Source: Hormiphora californensis (lineage: Eukaryota; Animalia; Ctenophora). From it: a stretch of DNA of 64,000 nt. A program made the translations under genes and the position numbers. The notes beneath the pieces were generated by a model that saw only the letters and a list, made by a program, of their open reading frames with translations, made no database searches and had not been told where the DNA came from. Below, piece after piece: positions 9,701 to 22,000 of the stretch; position 1 is the stretch's first letter; every line of letters starts with the position of its first letter. The stretch covers positions 7,440,001 through 7,504,000 of the forward strand of contig CM035359.1 of NCBI GenBank assembly GCA_020137815.1, read 5' to 3'.

Positions 9701-12081
9701 AGTTTTAATAAGCATGGTACGAGGTGATACGAGCTGGCGAGGGATCAGGATGATCAGCAGTAGCGTGAAGAAGAGAGAGATCAACTTATACTTGGTGTAC
9801 AGGAACGAAGACAAGACGGATTCAAATATAGCTGAGTGTGGAGTTAATGAAGGAAAGGACAGAGCATATGCAGGGTAAGAGTAAGCACGACAAGGGATCA
9901 GATATAGCATGGGTAGAGGAGGTAAGAGAGGGAGGGATCAGAGATATAGCATGGGTAGAGGAGGTAAGAGAGGGAGGGATCAGAGATATAGCATGGGTAG
10001 AGGAGGTAAGAGAGGGAGGGATCAGAGTATGGGTGGAAACTGGAAGTAATTGATGGCCTCCGTTTGGCCACAAACCATCAATTCATTGAAGTTTTTGAAT
10101 TTATCATCTGATTATGACCCCGTTACTTCCAGGTCCCGAAACCGAAAGGAGTCACCAAAACTTTTAAATGGGACGCTGACACTAGGAAACTGTTTGGAGA
10201 ACTCACGAAGGAGAAGGAGGTTCATTTGAAGTTGTTACGTTTTAGAACAGATGAACAGGTCGATCTCATGCAGGTAATATTATTACATTTGATCTCAGTC
10301 TTCCAAATCAAATCCTTGCCTTTTTCATAAGCCCATTTCTCAATATTGCTCTCTCAACTCTTTCTCCTCTTTTAATTCTTTACAAACTTCTATCTGCAGA
10401 CATACCTGTCACGATTGATACCTGAACTGTGGCCGGGAGGTTGGATGACAGTCAAAATACTGATGAAAGAAGCAGAAGCGTACAAGAACTTGATTACTCC
10501 TGTACCCAAGGTAAAGAAACTCAAAATTCCAAACTATTTGATATTGAAATGTCAGATTAAATACTAATCAACTGAATAGTACTAACACCCTGTATTTCCA
10601 GGCGACTCCAACTACTGCTACTACAACCAAGAAGAAGCCATCAGTTACTGTGAACCCCATCAAAACTGCAGCTGCTAAACCTAGCAAAACAACCAAGGAC
10701 AACAAGCAGAACAAACCCAGTAAAGTTGAGACGACAAAGACAACCAGCACGAAATCTGTTAAATCCTCAGACGGAACAACCCTGAAAACTACAAAAAGTG
10801 CATCTTCCTCCGTCAAGTCTAGCAGTAACTCAGACTCCAGTAAACCTGGGACACCCGATACTAGCTCACGATCAACCAGCATAGGATCCTCTACGTCATC
10901 TTCAAAATCTGTCAAACAGAAGCCATCTACCACTAAAGCAGCGGCAGCTACATTCGCCTCAGCCATAACCAAACTATCTGCAGCTGCAGCAACTAAACAA
11001 GTTGCTGATGCTCCTTCGTCAAAGGTTGTCATGGAAACAGCAGGGGATATTGGTGGTTCAAAACCTGATACAGCCCCTAGAAGAGTTAGTCTTGCTCCCA
11101 TCCCTGTCTCGAAATCTGGAGAGGCTACTTTACCCAAGCCGATTGCTGTTTCTCAGTCTAAGGCGACTTCCAAAAGTGCAGTTCTAGAGATTACCCCTTC
11201 AAAGCCCCCAAAAAGTATCCCTTCTGCTCCAGTGGCTGAGACAGCTGAACCTGTTACCAGTGGTACAGAACTCAACTCTGCTGAACCAACCACCCACCCA
11301 GCCCCGGCTGCAGAGGTTCCTAAAGTCCCATTTGTACCCGTTATCACAGAGACAGCGGCACTAAAACTACAAAACAGGATGAGACAACTACAGCGACAAA
11401 ACGAGATTACAAAACAGCTATCTGCAGTAGAATCTAACAGGGCAGTTAAAAGTGAGGCTGTGGAGATCATGAAAAGTCCCTTGAAATGCCTACTGGATGA
11501 GTCAATGAAGAGGAAAACACCCAGCCCCAGTGCTGCTACAGAACTGGAGAAGTCTGGGAGAAAAGATCAACAAGTGGTAACACCCACCATACCATCAGTA
11601 GTAGCTACCTCACCTACCTCTATACCGGTGGTCACCAGTAAACCGTCAAAGCAGCAACCTGTAACAACACAACAACCAACTGTAACCCCAGTCAGCAAAT
11701 CTCTCTCCAGATCTCTGCCAATCAAACCATCCCAACCTGTCAAACAGTCTGTCATACAAACTGCAGCTGCTACCAAGAAACCACAACTAATCCTGACGAA
11801 GCCGGTGAAGTCTGAAAACGAGCAACTGAGACAACAACTTGCTAGGGTGGCTGCAAGTATCGATGAAAAACAGAAATCTCTGTTATCGGTGAAGAGTGAT
11901 AACTCAAGACCTACAGTTGTGGTACAGAAACCTACAGCTAAGAGACCCGCTCCACAGACCCCCAGTATTGCACCCCATGTATCCTCCATTCCTCCTGAAG
12001 TACTGGGGTAAGTTATCAACTTGTTCTTTCGGGGAACTAACCCACATACTAATAACCTCTCTCCCAACCTCATCTAACCAC

Positions 12082-12156
<75 letters not shown>

Positions 12157-12586
12157 TCATCTAACCGCCTCTCTCCCCAACAGGGCAATAAAGAAGAAGT
12201 ATGGTCACCAGGTGAATCTGAGCGACAAGAACACCCTCCAGTCAATCCTACAGTTGGAGTTACAACAAGCAACCCGCAACAACAAATCCCCTACTTGTGT
12301 CAGAAGTGACGTCATTATGATAGATGATGATCGTCCCAGTTCTTCCTCTTCCAATAATAATAAGCCCCAAATAAGGACCGTTCCCAAAACATCCCCCATC
12401 AAGATCGTATCTTCCTCCTCTGCTGTTGTGTCCAATACAAACTCTCCTCTGATGTCATCACACAACGTGACGTCAGCACCCCGTGTAACACCCAGTTTAC
12501 CTCACTCAGTGGCGAGCATGATGAAGAATGACAATAGACTATCATTAGGACAGAACAGTAGACAGAGCCTGTACAGGGGCCTCTAG
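5770..12586 (+). CDS. UBN1: Ubinuclein (HIRA histone-chaperone complex subunit), multi-exon
   Basis: Exons 7100-7204 and 7378-7475 give the HUN/HRD domain [41 protein letters not shown]. Also YPEFSFEKLL, KTFKWDADTRKL, PELWPGGWMT and a long S/T/P/K-rich tail. GT-AG introns. UBN1 and UBN2 cannot be distinguished. Confidence 0.9.
6433..6775. repeat. (AG)n and (AAAGAG)n microsatellites
   Basis: Directly visible at 6433-6498 and ~6604-6775. Confidence 0.95.
9362..10027 (+). repeat. 42-bp minisatellite containing an exon end plus donor (GAGGAG|gtaaga), in two blocks
   Basis: Unit gaggaggtaagagagggagggatcagagatatagcatgggta at ~9362-9510 and ~9893-10027. Confidence 0.9.
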
Positions 12587-12990
12587 TGTAGCTAACTCTA
12601 ATAGACAGAGTCTGTCAGGGGCCTCTAGTGTAGGCGTTACAGAGTGCTACAACTTCAGAGTTTACTTAGTTCTATACAGAGCATGAGAGATAAGGGGAAA
12701 TCTAAATAGAATGTGTGTATTTTCTTTGGTTTGTATTATGGAGAATAGTCCTCTTAGATGACAGAACAGCTGTTTGTTATAAAAGTTTGATTTGAACTTC
12801 AAATTGAAGGAGAAGAGTTGTGGAAGGGAACTGTTGGGGGGATCTTGGAGTTGTATAACGGGGCTGACGAAGTGTTGATCGTATGATAAATTATACATTA
12901 TATATTTGAATATATTGTGCTCTATTTATAACAATTTAAATTCGCCCATTTCTTTTTGTAAGCACACATGGTAACATCTAACTTTCACTT

Positions 12991-13070
<80 letters not shown>

Positions 13071-14281
13071 CCTCGATATTGCCATGTGAGTGGAAGATTA
13101 AAATCCTCCCACCGCACTTTTTGTAAAACTCCAGCCACAATTCAACACACTACACGGTGCTGTGCACGTTATAGTTTTCATTATGCTAGAGAGAGAGAGA
13201 GAAAGAGTGAGAGAGAGAGGGGGACTGTCAACAGAAAGAGAGAAAAAAGAGAGAAAAGAAACTGGAAGGAGTGAACGAGAGAGACATAGAGAGCGAGAAG
13301 GAGAAGGAAAACGTGAAGGAAAGAGAGAGAGCGAAGATTGTTTAGGATTGCTGTGGTCATAATTGCATTGAAAGTTCAAGCTGTCCCACACACTCTGGCT
13401 CACCGTACTTGTAAAAAGTAGTCAATTGTCATGCGTGCATTGTGAATTGTTGCGTCGACTGTATTGTTCCACCGAAGGCAAAATCAGTTTTAAAGTTACA
13501 TATATGTATATTGTCCTGCCATGACGTAGTGTTTTCAATTTTTTCCCTGCCCGGGTGGATGCCGAAGGCATCCACCCGGATGCCTTTTTACTTTGTAAAA
13601 AGGCATAGCAGGGTTAGAATTCGAAAACGACATTTTGATATACTAACTAATCGGTAGAGGGACCGTTTTGGTCACACTTTCGTTGCGAGGGGCAACCCGG
13701 TACCACCCAGTGTACTCAGCGTAGCAACTGAGCCGCGCGCACAGTGACGAGCTACTCCTTCATCAAACACCTCATTGACACAGTTTGATGGACGTGTGTT
13801 TAATTCTCGTTTAATAATACATATTTTCATCTTGCGAGTCGAGTGTGAGAGGTTAGATAAGTAGTTAAGTTGGAATGTCAAAAGCTGGTTAGCAAGTGTC
13901 ATGTGAGTAAGCTATGTGAGAAGTATACTGACAGCTAGATCGCGATCTCACATTACATTATGACCAAGCCTTGATACTGTTGTCAGTGTTGACAGTGACA
14001 CGTGAAACGGGAGGGCAGGGAAACACAGCATTATGAATACATAATGCAATGATTCTTGTTAATCTGTCAGAATTCGTGACTTTGTTTTGTTCATTGTCTT
14101 TGTCCCAAATTGTACTTTAACTTCTGAACGACAACCTTATCTATGATCCGATCCTTCTGGGTCTCTCCACTCTCGCAGTCAGTCTGGCGGTGGCCACTCC
14201 GTTTTCAGTACGCGGGACAGTGTGCTCAGATGGCGCCGCCAGACACCTCTCACAACACACACATATTCCCAGACTCACACT

Positions 14282-15700
14282 ATGGATGATGATATTGATG
14301 AAGTGCTAAGTGATTCCAGCGAAGAGCTGTGTGTTCTAACATCCAATGTTAATGCAACACCCAAAATATCGGGAGAACTAAAACCAACGTACCTGAAATT
14401 TTACAAGAATCAACTGTGCTTCTTCAGGTTGGTATATTTCATATCGGGGCTGGCTAGGTCCATGTCCAATGTCCATTGTCCAGACCCCAACCCCTAACCC
14501 CTGATTTTAACCCTCTACCCACATGTGTTTTCAGTGCCACAATATCCGACAACAATCTCCAAATAATTCCTGATTCCAACTGTTTGACAAAGCCCATGTT
14601 TCTCCCGTTCTGTCACGCTAACTTTGCCAGACATGCCTCTGATTTCCTATCTGCACTAACATCCGGGGGAGCTATCAGTCTGGCTAGCTACAGAAAACCA
14701 AGGTATGCTGCATACTATGCACCTCGGGGTTGTGTCAACTTGTGAGGTTACACGATGCCTGACCTCGGGATAGTTTTCTAGATTGTACCGGACGAAAACG
14801 AAGAAAGGTTGGGTGCAACTCAGAAGTGTCTGCGAGATGTGCAAGGGACCCCGTTCGTTTTCGTGGGGGCGCGACGTGCCCAATTTCTATTCGGAATAGG
14901 ACTTGGAATTGGGCACGTCGCGCCCCCATGGGAATATCATTCCCAATGTCTCAATTTGGTCAGATCAAATTCAATGATATTGGTCATGTTAATGTCACCT
15001 TTTCAAAACGTAATCACCTTTTTCAGGTACATTTTTGTGAACACCGGGAAGAAGAAAATACTGATATCATTCATTAATGAACACTCCCACACCGATAGCA
15101 GAATGTATTTTGAAGGTACATATATATTTCAGCTGTCTGGCGGCACTTGTCTGGCGGTACCAACCCTAGTTTGAGTCTCCATAGTGAGCCCAGATCGGGT
15201 CGGCACCGCCTGACAGAAATTTCAGCACGCTATATCTGTTTCTTGAACAGAGAAAAAACGATATTACGTGCTGAATTTTAACATATTCGATCATTTGATC
15301 ATGCGAAACCGATATATTCACTTTTCCTTCCCATCGTTCTTGCGGAGAGATCTATCGGCTTCTTTTTACGGAGAGATCAATCAGTATCAATCATAGATTA
15401 AATCTCGTAGGAAACATAGATTCTAATATCTATGTTTCCTACGAGATTTCTTTAGAATCGAGAATGGAAGGATAGAGTTCCCTGCCATATTTCCCAGTTC
15501 CCCCAAAATAATAATCTTTGCGGAACTCCCACCCATCACCAAACTACCTCTCAGGAACTGAGATGAGTTTGAAAGGAACGCTAAAGTGTAGTTTACCAAT
15601 CACCAGACTGACCTCTATGGATGACTTGGAGAAGAAGATCAAGAGCTTGGAGCTGGATCTTGAGGGGAGCTGCTTTTGTCGAGGGGGCCAGGAGGCTTGA
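14282..15700 (+). CDS. Uncharacterised ~182-aa protein, 4 exons (14282-14427, 14535-14702, 15027-15115, 15555-15700)
   Basis: Three GT-AG introns with compatible phases give a continuous frame MDDDIDEVLSDSSEELC...SLELDLEGSCFCRGGQEA*. No family recognised. Confidence 0.6.
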
Positions 15701-16079
15701 ACTGCTGAGGGAGTGTTAATGTTTGTAAAGACACTGAATGGGTCAACTGAAAATGAGCTCAAGTGCACATCAAACTGAGAGACAGAGAGAGAGAGAGAGG
15801 TATTATTCAGAGAAATGATGTTGTGGGGAAGATCCATTGTTATTGTCCCCAAATTATTGTTTGATGTGCACCAGAGATATGAAATGGGAGACATATTTTG
15901 GAAAATGAATTGTCATGATCTTATAACACATTTTCAACAACAAGACCGCTCTACATTTCTCTTTCTCCCTCTCCCTCTCTTTCTTTCTCTTTCAACTAAA
16001 CACGAAAATTGTCTGTCACAAGAAACTCCTTGATTCTTCATCGCTGGGAGTTCATCTGTTGGCAAGTTCCGTGATTTGT

Positions 16080-19000
16080 TTAACAGTCACACTGGTGGAA
16101 ATCAATGGCAGATCCATCACATCGGTTGAAGTCGATTCTGTCGTAACACTTGCACACTCGGTATCTGGAAGGAGAGGGGTGAGTGGGGTGTTTGGAGAAA
16201 TAGAGAGAAAATTGAAGTATTGGATAGGGAAGGAACCAGGAAGACCGGGAGACTGGATTGGAACAGGCCACATACCGTTTTGTGGAGGTAGGGATGGAAC
16301 AAGATGCGGGACAGTTTCGGCCGCTCCATTCTCCCCACTCGTAGACAGCTCCAGTACACAGTTCCTCAGCCTCATACCCCTCCCTTCCAGGGTTACACTG
16401 TTCCTTGTCCTCAAGACGGCCTGGGGGAGAGAGAATGTAGAGAGAGAATGGTTCAAGAATCTTTTTGATTTGGTCTACCGATATAAAATGCAGCGTGAGC
16501 CACACAATACAATAATGGCTCTGAGTTCCATCGTCTAATTATAGAAAAGTGTATCGGTAGATTCAACATACCATGATATCCATCAGTACACTCGCAGGTC
16601 CTGGACTTTGGTTTGGTGTAGGTATCAGGTGCACAGACAAACCGGTCACACACAACATCAGACCACTTGGTCAACTCGACTGGAAGGGAGGGAGTTTGGG
16701 GGTAGGTTTAGAGAAATTGAGAAATAAGTTGAAGTTTTGGGAAACTCAGAAAAACTACCCAGCAACTCTCAATTTAATGAGCCACTCTGATCATATCTTT
16801 CTGGGGTTATGAACTTACAGGGTTTGAATCCACAGCCGGTCTCCTCCCTAAGGGGCTCTCCGGGGCACTGTGAGTTGTCAATGTTGTTCTTACACTTACA
16901 ATCTCGTACCCTAAGCAGGAAAATAAAGGGTGTTAACTAGGGGGTTCAAATCTGATCAAACAACTATGTAGTAGTGTAGTGTAAATCCCAATTAAAACAC
17001 TAACAAAATGTCAATTACCTGATTCGTCGTGTCTCAGGTTCTGCGCAGGTAAGAGCACCACACTCCTGAATAACAGTCCAGGCGGTAGGGTTCCATACCT
17101 TCTCGGCAGTGAAAACACAGGGCTCGAACTTCTCCGCGGGACCGGCACACTGACCTATATAGGCGATAGTAGGGTGTTGTTGGGGGTGTTTAGGAGAGAA
17201 GAGAATTAGGTAGTATGTCTGTATGTAGTGGATAATAGGGTGTTGTTGGGGGTGTTTAGGAGAGAATTAGAGCTGAATTAGAGAGTTTAAAAAACAAAAC
17301 TTACCGTCTTCTCCAAGATCACCATCACAAGAGCAGTCTCGGATAAATCGCTGTTGTCGATCAGGGAAACACTCGTCACACTTGCTGACAGCCACCCAGG
17401 GTGACCACTCGTCTAGATAGGAGGAGGGGGTTAGAACATGACAATACGATGATGTACGGTTTATGTTATTTAGGAAAGAGTTTCACTTGTTGTCATAATT
17501 AATAATATGGTTGTTACGAGTTGTCAAAATACTGCCCTCTCCTAGATTGTTCCCACCCCTTACTAAACAACTCCTACATGATCAATGATACAGTCGTAGT
17601 AAACAAGGTTCTGGACGTTACTTACAAGGGGTAGTTGCGGGGCAGAGTCGGGCAGCTCTAGGTCGCTGTCCAGCGCAGTTGTCTCCAGATTTATCAGTTG
17701 ATACAGTGCCCTCAGCAGAACACTCACAGCTACACAGAGAGAAGGAATCGGTCAAAATGAGGCAATGGAAATAGGAATTTAATAGTTCGGCACTTGAGTG
17801 ACAGGTTCCTAGAAGAAAACTCATAATTTGGTACTCGAGGGAGTGAGAGGAGCGAGAATAGGTTGCAATGGAGCCAAATAAAACTCCCAGTACCTGGTAG
17901 AGATTAGTTCCCGGAAGGGAGTACAGGAATCCTTGTCAGGACAGGCTCCCGAGCTTCTGAGGACCCAGTCAGAGTTAACAGGGCACCAGTACTTAGTGGA
18001 ATCATCTCCCTCACACTTACCCTCACCCTCAATAGTCTGACACATACACGCTCTGATGGGAGGGGAGGGGTTACAATACACGCTCTGATAGGGGGTATAC
18101 AATACACACTCTGATGGTGGGTGGTTTGTGGTAAACAATCTGGGGAAACCAGGATATCCGAACTACATCTAATTACCGTGTTTTGGTGTATTCCTTGGTG
18201 TGACACAGTTCCTCAGAGTTACAATCCTCAGCACCCCAGTCGGTCCACTCGAAACTCTGGAGAGGGAAAGGTTAGTTAGAGGGAAGAGAGGGGGTTAGTT
18301 AGAGGGAAGAGAGGGAAGGGAGGGGGTAAGAGGGAAGAGAGTGAAGGGAGGGGGTTAGTTAGAGGGAAGAGAGAACTCTGGGGAGGGAAGGGAGAGGGTA
18401 TAGTAATATGATTCTTGATCGGTAGTTTCAAACATTGAGAATCTCGCTCCAGTTTCAGGGGAGCTGGAGGGTGTCTCAGGGGAGCTGGAGGGTGTTTGGG
18501 GTTACCTCAGTAGGTGCACATGTTCGCTCCCTCCTCAGTTCAGCATTGCCACACTGCCTCCTGTCCCTAATATCACCACAGACACAGGACCTGGTATCAA
18601 TAGTTGAGGATTCGGTACAGGTGTTGGTGGGGCATCTTCCTTGAGTCCAACTGGTCAGAGAGACTGAGGGGAGAGGGGTTGTGTTAGAGAAAGGGGGAGG
18701 GGAGACTGAGGTGGGGAGGGGTGTGTTAGAGCAAGGGGGGGGGGGAGACTGAAAGGGATAGGGGGAGTGTTAGAGAAAGTGGAGGATTTGAGAGAAGTGC
18801 AGATTGGTTCTAGTCGTGCATAACATCGATTTGGGTGATTTGGGTTCTGAAAGAAACGAATGATGAGTTAGATGTACTCACATTCCCTGGCAGCCTCACA
18901 CTCAAAGTTCTCCTTAAGAGGTCCCTGGGCAGCGCATCGTCCATGGGAATCAGTGTAGGTACCTACAGGGGGGATAGGGGATTAGGACACACTATGTATT

Positions 19001-22000
19001 GTGAAACTAAATTGTGTGAGAAATGTTTTCTCTTCAAAGATAGAGTAGTAGCCTACATACCGGTAGAGTCTTTGCAGACACAGTCCCTGCTCCTTGATCG
19101 GAGGTAGGGGTAACAGGAATCTTTGTTATCACACTCTTCAGACACCCATCTAGACATCTCGTCTGGAGAGAGGGGGTGGCAGGGTTATTACAGGAGTGTA
19201 ATGGGTTGGGGGATGTAATATGGGGTTGTTACAGGGCGGGTTGGGCCGTTGGTCAAGAACAAGTTACAGGAACACACGGATGAGATTTGAGAATGGGTAT
19301 AATTGGAGAATTAGTTGGTGGTTGGATCTACTACTTACATCCAATGGTAGCGGAGCACTCATAAGTGATATCCCGGTTGGGCAGGAGATCATATTTGGCA
19401 CACTCTGAGTTATCAGACCTCCTGTAGACACCGTTACTGTCAGCACACTGGCACTCCCATTCCTGGGTGTTGGTATAGGGGGCACACCTGTCCTCACACT
19501 GCCTCTCCTCGTATACAATCTTACATTCTGAGTGGGGGGAAGGAGGAGGGATTAGTTTTAGAAGGAGGAGGAGAAGAGAGCAACAGAGTGAGGGGAGTCT
19601 GTGAAGAAGGAGTCGTAGTTCATGTGGAACTGAACGTGTGGTTGGAATGAAAATAGAAAAAAGTAGTTCACTCCCCAAATTGCTAGAGATATGTAACTCA
19701 CGTTGTTTCTTGACAGGTGTAGTAACAGTAACAACACCGCATCTCTCTCCAGCACGACTGATGACCACAGAGGTAGTAACAGAGTCCCCAGGAATGTCAA
19801 CACTCTTCATTTTGAGGGGTGAGTTGGCATGGTAATGCTCCTCTGAGCTGTGAGGAGGGGGAGATGGGGTAATAGGGAGATATATCAACAAATAGTTTTG
19901 GGTACTGAAGAGGGGATTTAGTTCATCCAACCGAAACTAAAAGTGGAGTTTGAAGCCCAACAATCAGCTCTTGACATAAATCTCTCCATAAATTACAACT
20001 CTGGAACCTACTTATTAAGAACTAAAGGTCTACTAACTATATTAATTAATAAAACCTACTTGACATTAAGGAAGTTGTTTCCTTCATCATCAGACCATTG
20101 ACACTTGACAAACGCAGGATCTGAAGAGAGCAGGTTGGTTCCCTCCTTAGGGTTGAGGATCACTTCAGCATTGAAATCTACACCATCGTTCTTGTAGACT
20201 TCCAACCTAACATCTGGAGGGGGAGGAGGGGTGGTGAGGAACTATTCGCGACCTAACATCTGGAGAGGGAGGAGGGGTGGTGAGGAACTATTCGCGACCT
20301 AACATCTGGAGAGGGAGGAGGGGTGGTGAGGAACTATTCGCGACCTAACATCTGGAGAGGGAGGAGGGGTGGTGAGGAACTATTCGCGACCTAACATCTG
20401 GAGAGGGAGGAGGGGTGGTGAGGAACTATTCGCGACCTAACATCTGGAGAGGGAGGAGGGGTGGTGAGGAACTATTCGCGACCTAACATCTGGAGAGGGA
20501 GGAGGGGTGGTGAGGAACTATTCGCGACCTAAGATCTGGAGAGGGAGGAGGTGAGGAACTATTCGCGACCTAACATCTGGAGTGGGAGGAGGGGTGGTGA
20601 GGAACTATTCGCGACCTAACATCTGGAGAGGGAGGAGGGGCGGTGAGGAACTATTCGCGACCTAACATCTGGAGAGGAAGGAGGGGTGGTGAGGAACTAT
20701 TCGCGACCTAACATCTGGAGAGGGAGGAGGGGCGGTGAGGAACTATTCGCAACCTAACATCTGGAGAGGGAGGAGGGATGGTGAGGAACTATTCGCGACC
20801 TAACATCTGGAGAGGGAGGAGGGGTGGTGAGGAACTATTCGCGACCTAACATCTGGAGAGGGAGGAGGGATGGTGAGGAACTATTCGCGACCTAACATCT
20901 GGAGAGGGAGGAGGGGTGGTGAGGAACTATTCGCGACCTAACATCTGGAGAGGGAGGAGGGGTGGTGAGGAACTATTCGCGACCTAACATCTGGAGTGGG
21001 AGGAGGGGTGGTGAGGAACTATTCGCGACCTAACATCTGGAGAGGGGGGAGGGGTGGTGAGGAACTATTCGCGACCTAACATCTGGAGAGGGAGGAGGGG
21101 TGGTGAGGAACTATTCGCGACCTAACATCTGGGGAGGGAGAAGGGGTAGTGAGGAACTATTCGCGACCTAACATCTGGAGAGGGAGGAGGGGTGGTGAGG
21201 AACTATTCGCGACCTAACATCTGGAGAGGGAGGAGGGGTGGTGAGGAACTATTCGCGACCTAACATCTGGAGAGGGAGGCGGGGTGGTGAGGAACTATTC
21301 GCGACCTAACATCTGGAGAGTGAGGAGGGGTGGTGAGGAACCCTATTCGCGAAGAAGGTGTGTGAGTCAGGGACCTAACAGGATGGGTGTTATACATGAG
21401 GGTATATCTACAGAGCGACCTTGTTTTCACTAGTCCTAGCAGTAAAATAAAGGAGTAGGACTGATTTCACGGGGAACAAAGTTTAGTAGTAGGATCACAT
21501 ACCTTCAATGTGGAACTCAAAGTTGACCTTTGAAACAGTCTCCCCCTTGTGGTTGACCTCAGTCTTGAAATACCTGGAATACGAGGTTTAACATTCCCTA
21601 ACTATGTAGCGACACACACTGTCGCCAGACAGTTCTCTAAATTATCTACTGTTGTATCTGAATTAGTCATCTGGATAAAGACTCTAGCTGTGATCACTGA
21701 TCACTCTAGTCATGTGATAACAGCAGATCTATTGACTAACCTGACGGAAGCTACACTGGGTTTGTTGAGAACGACAGTAACGGACACCTCACCTCGAGTT
21801 CCAACATTCCTCTTCACAATCTCAACGTCATCTGAAACACAGTGTCTAGATTTAGTAATGGGAGTGTTTTCATCAAAGTCTTGATTTAGCACTTTTACGG
21901 GGGCTGCAGCTGGTACAAGCCACAAGGGGAGGGGCTACACGATTAGGGACAGATGAAAGCACTACTACTGTTATAGAACTCACCTCCAGTTGGGATTCTC

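Noticed and set aside
20205-21352. Regular repeat arrays (also 39858, 42595, 45636, 57272) as CRISPR arrays
   Set aside because: No unique spacers, no cas genes, and a eukaryotic intronic context. They are minisatellites.
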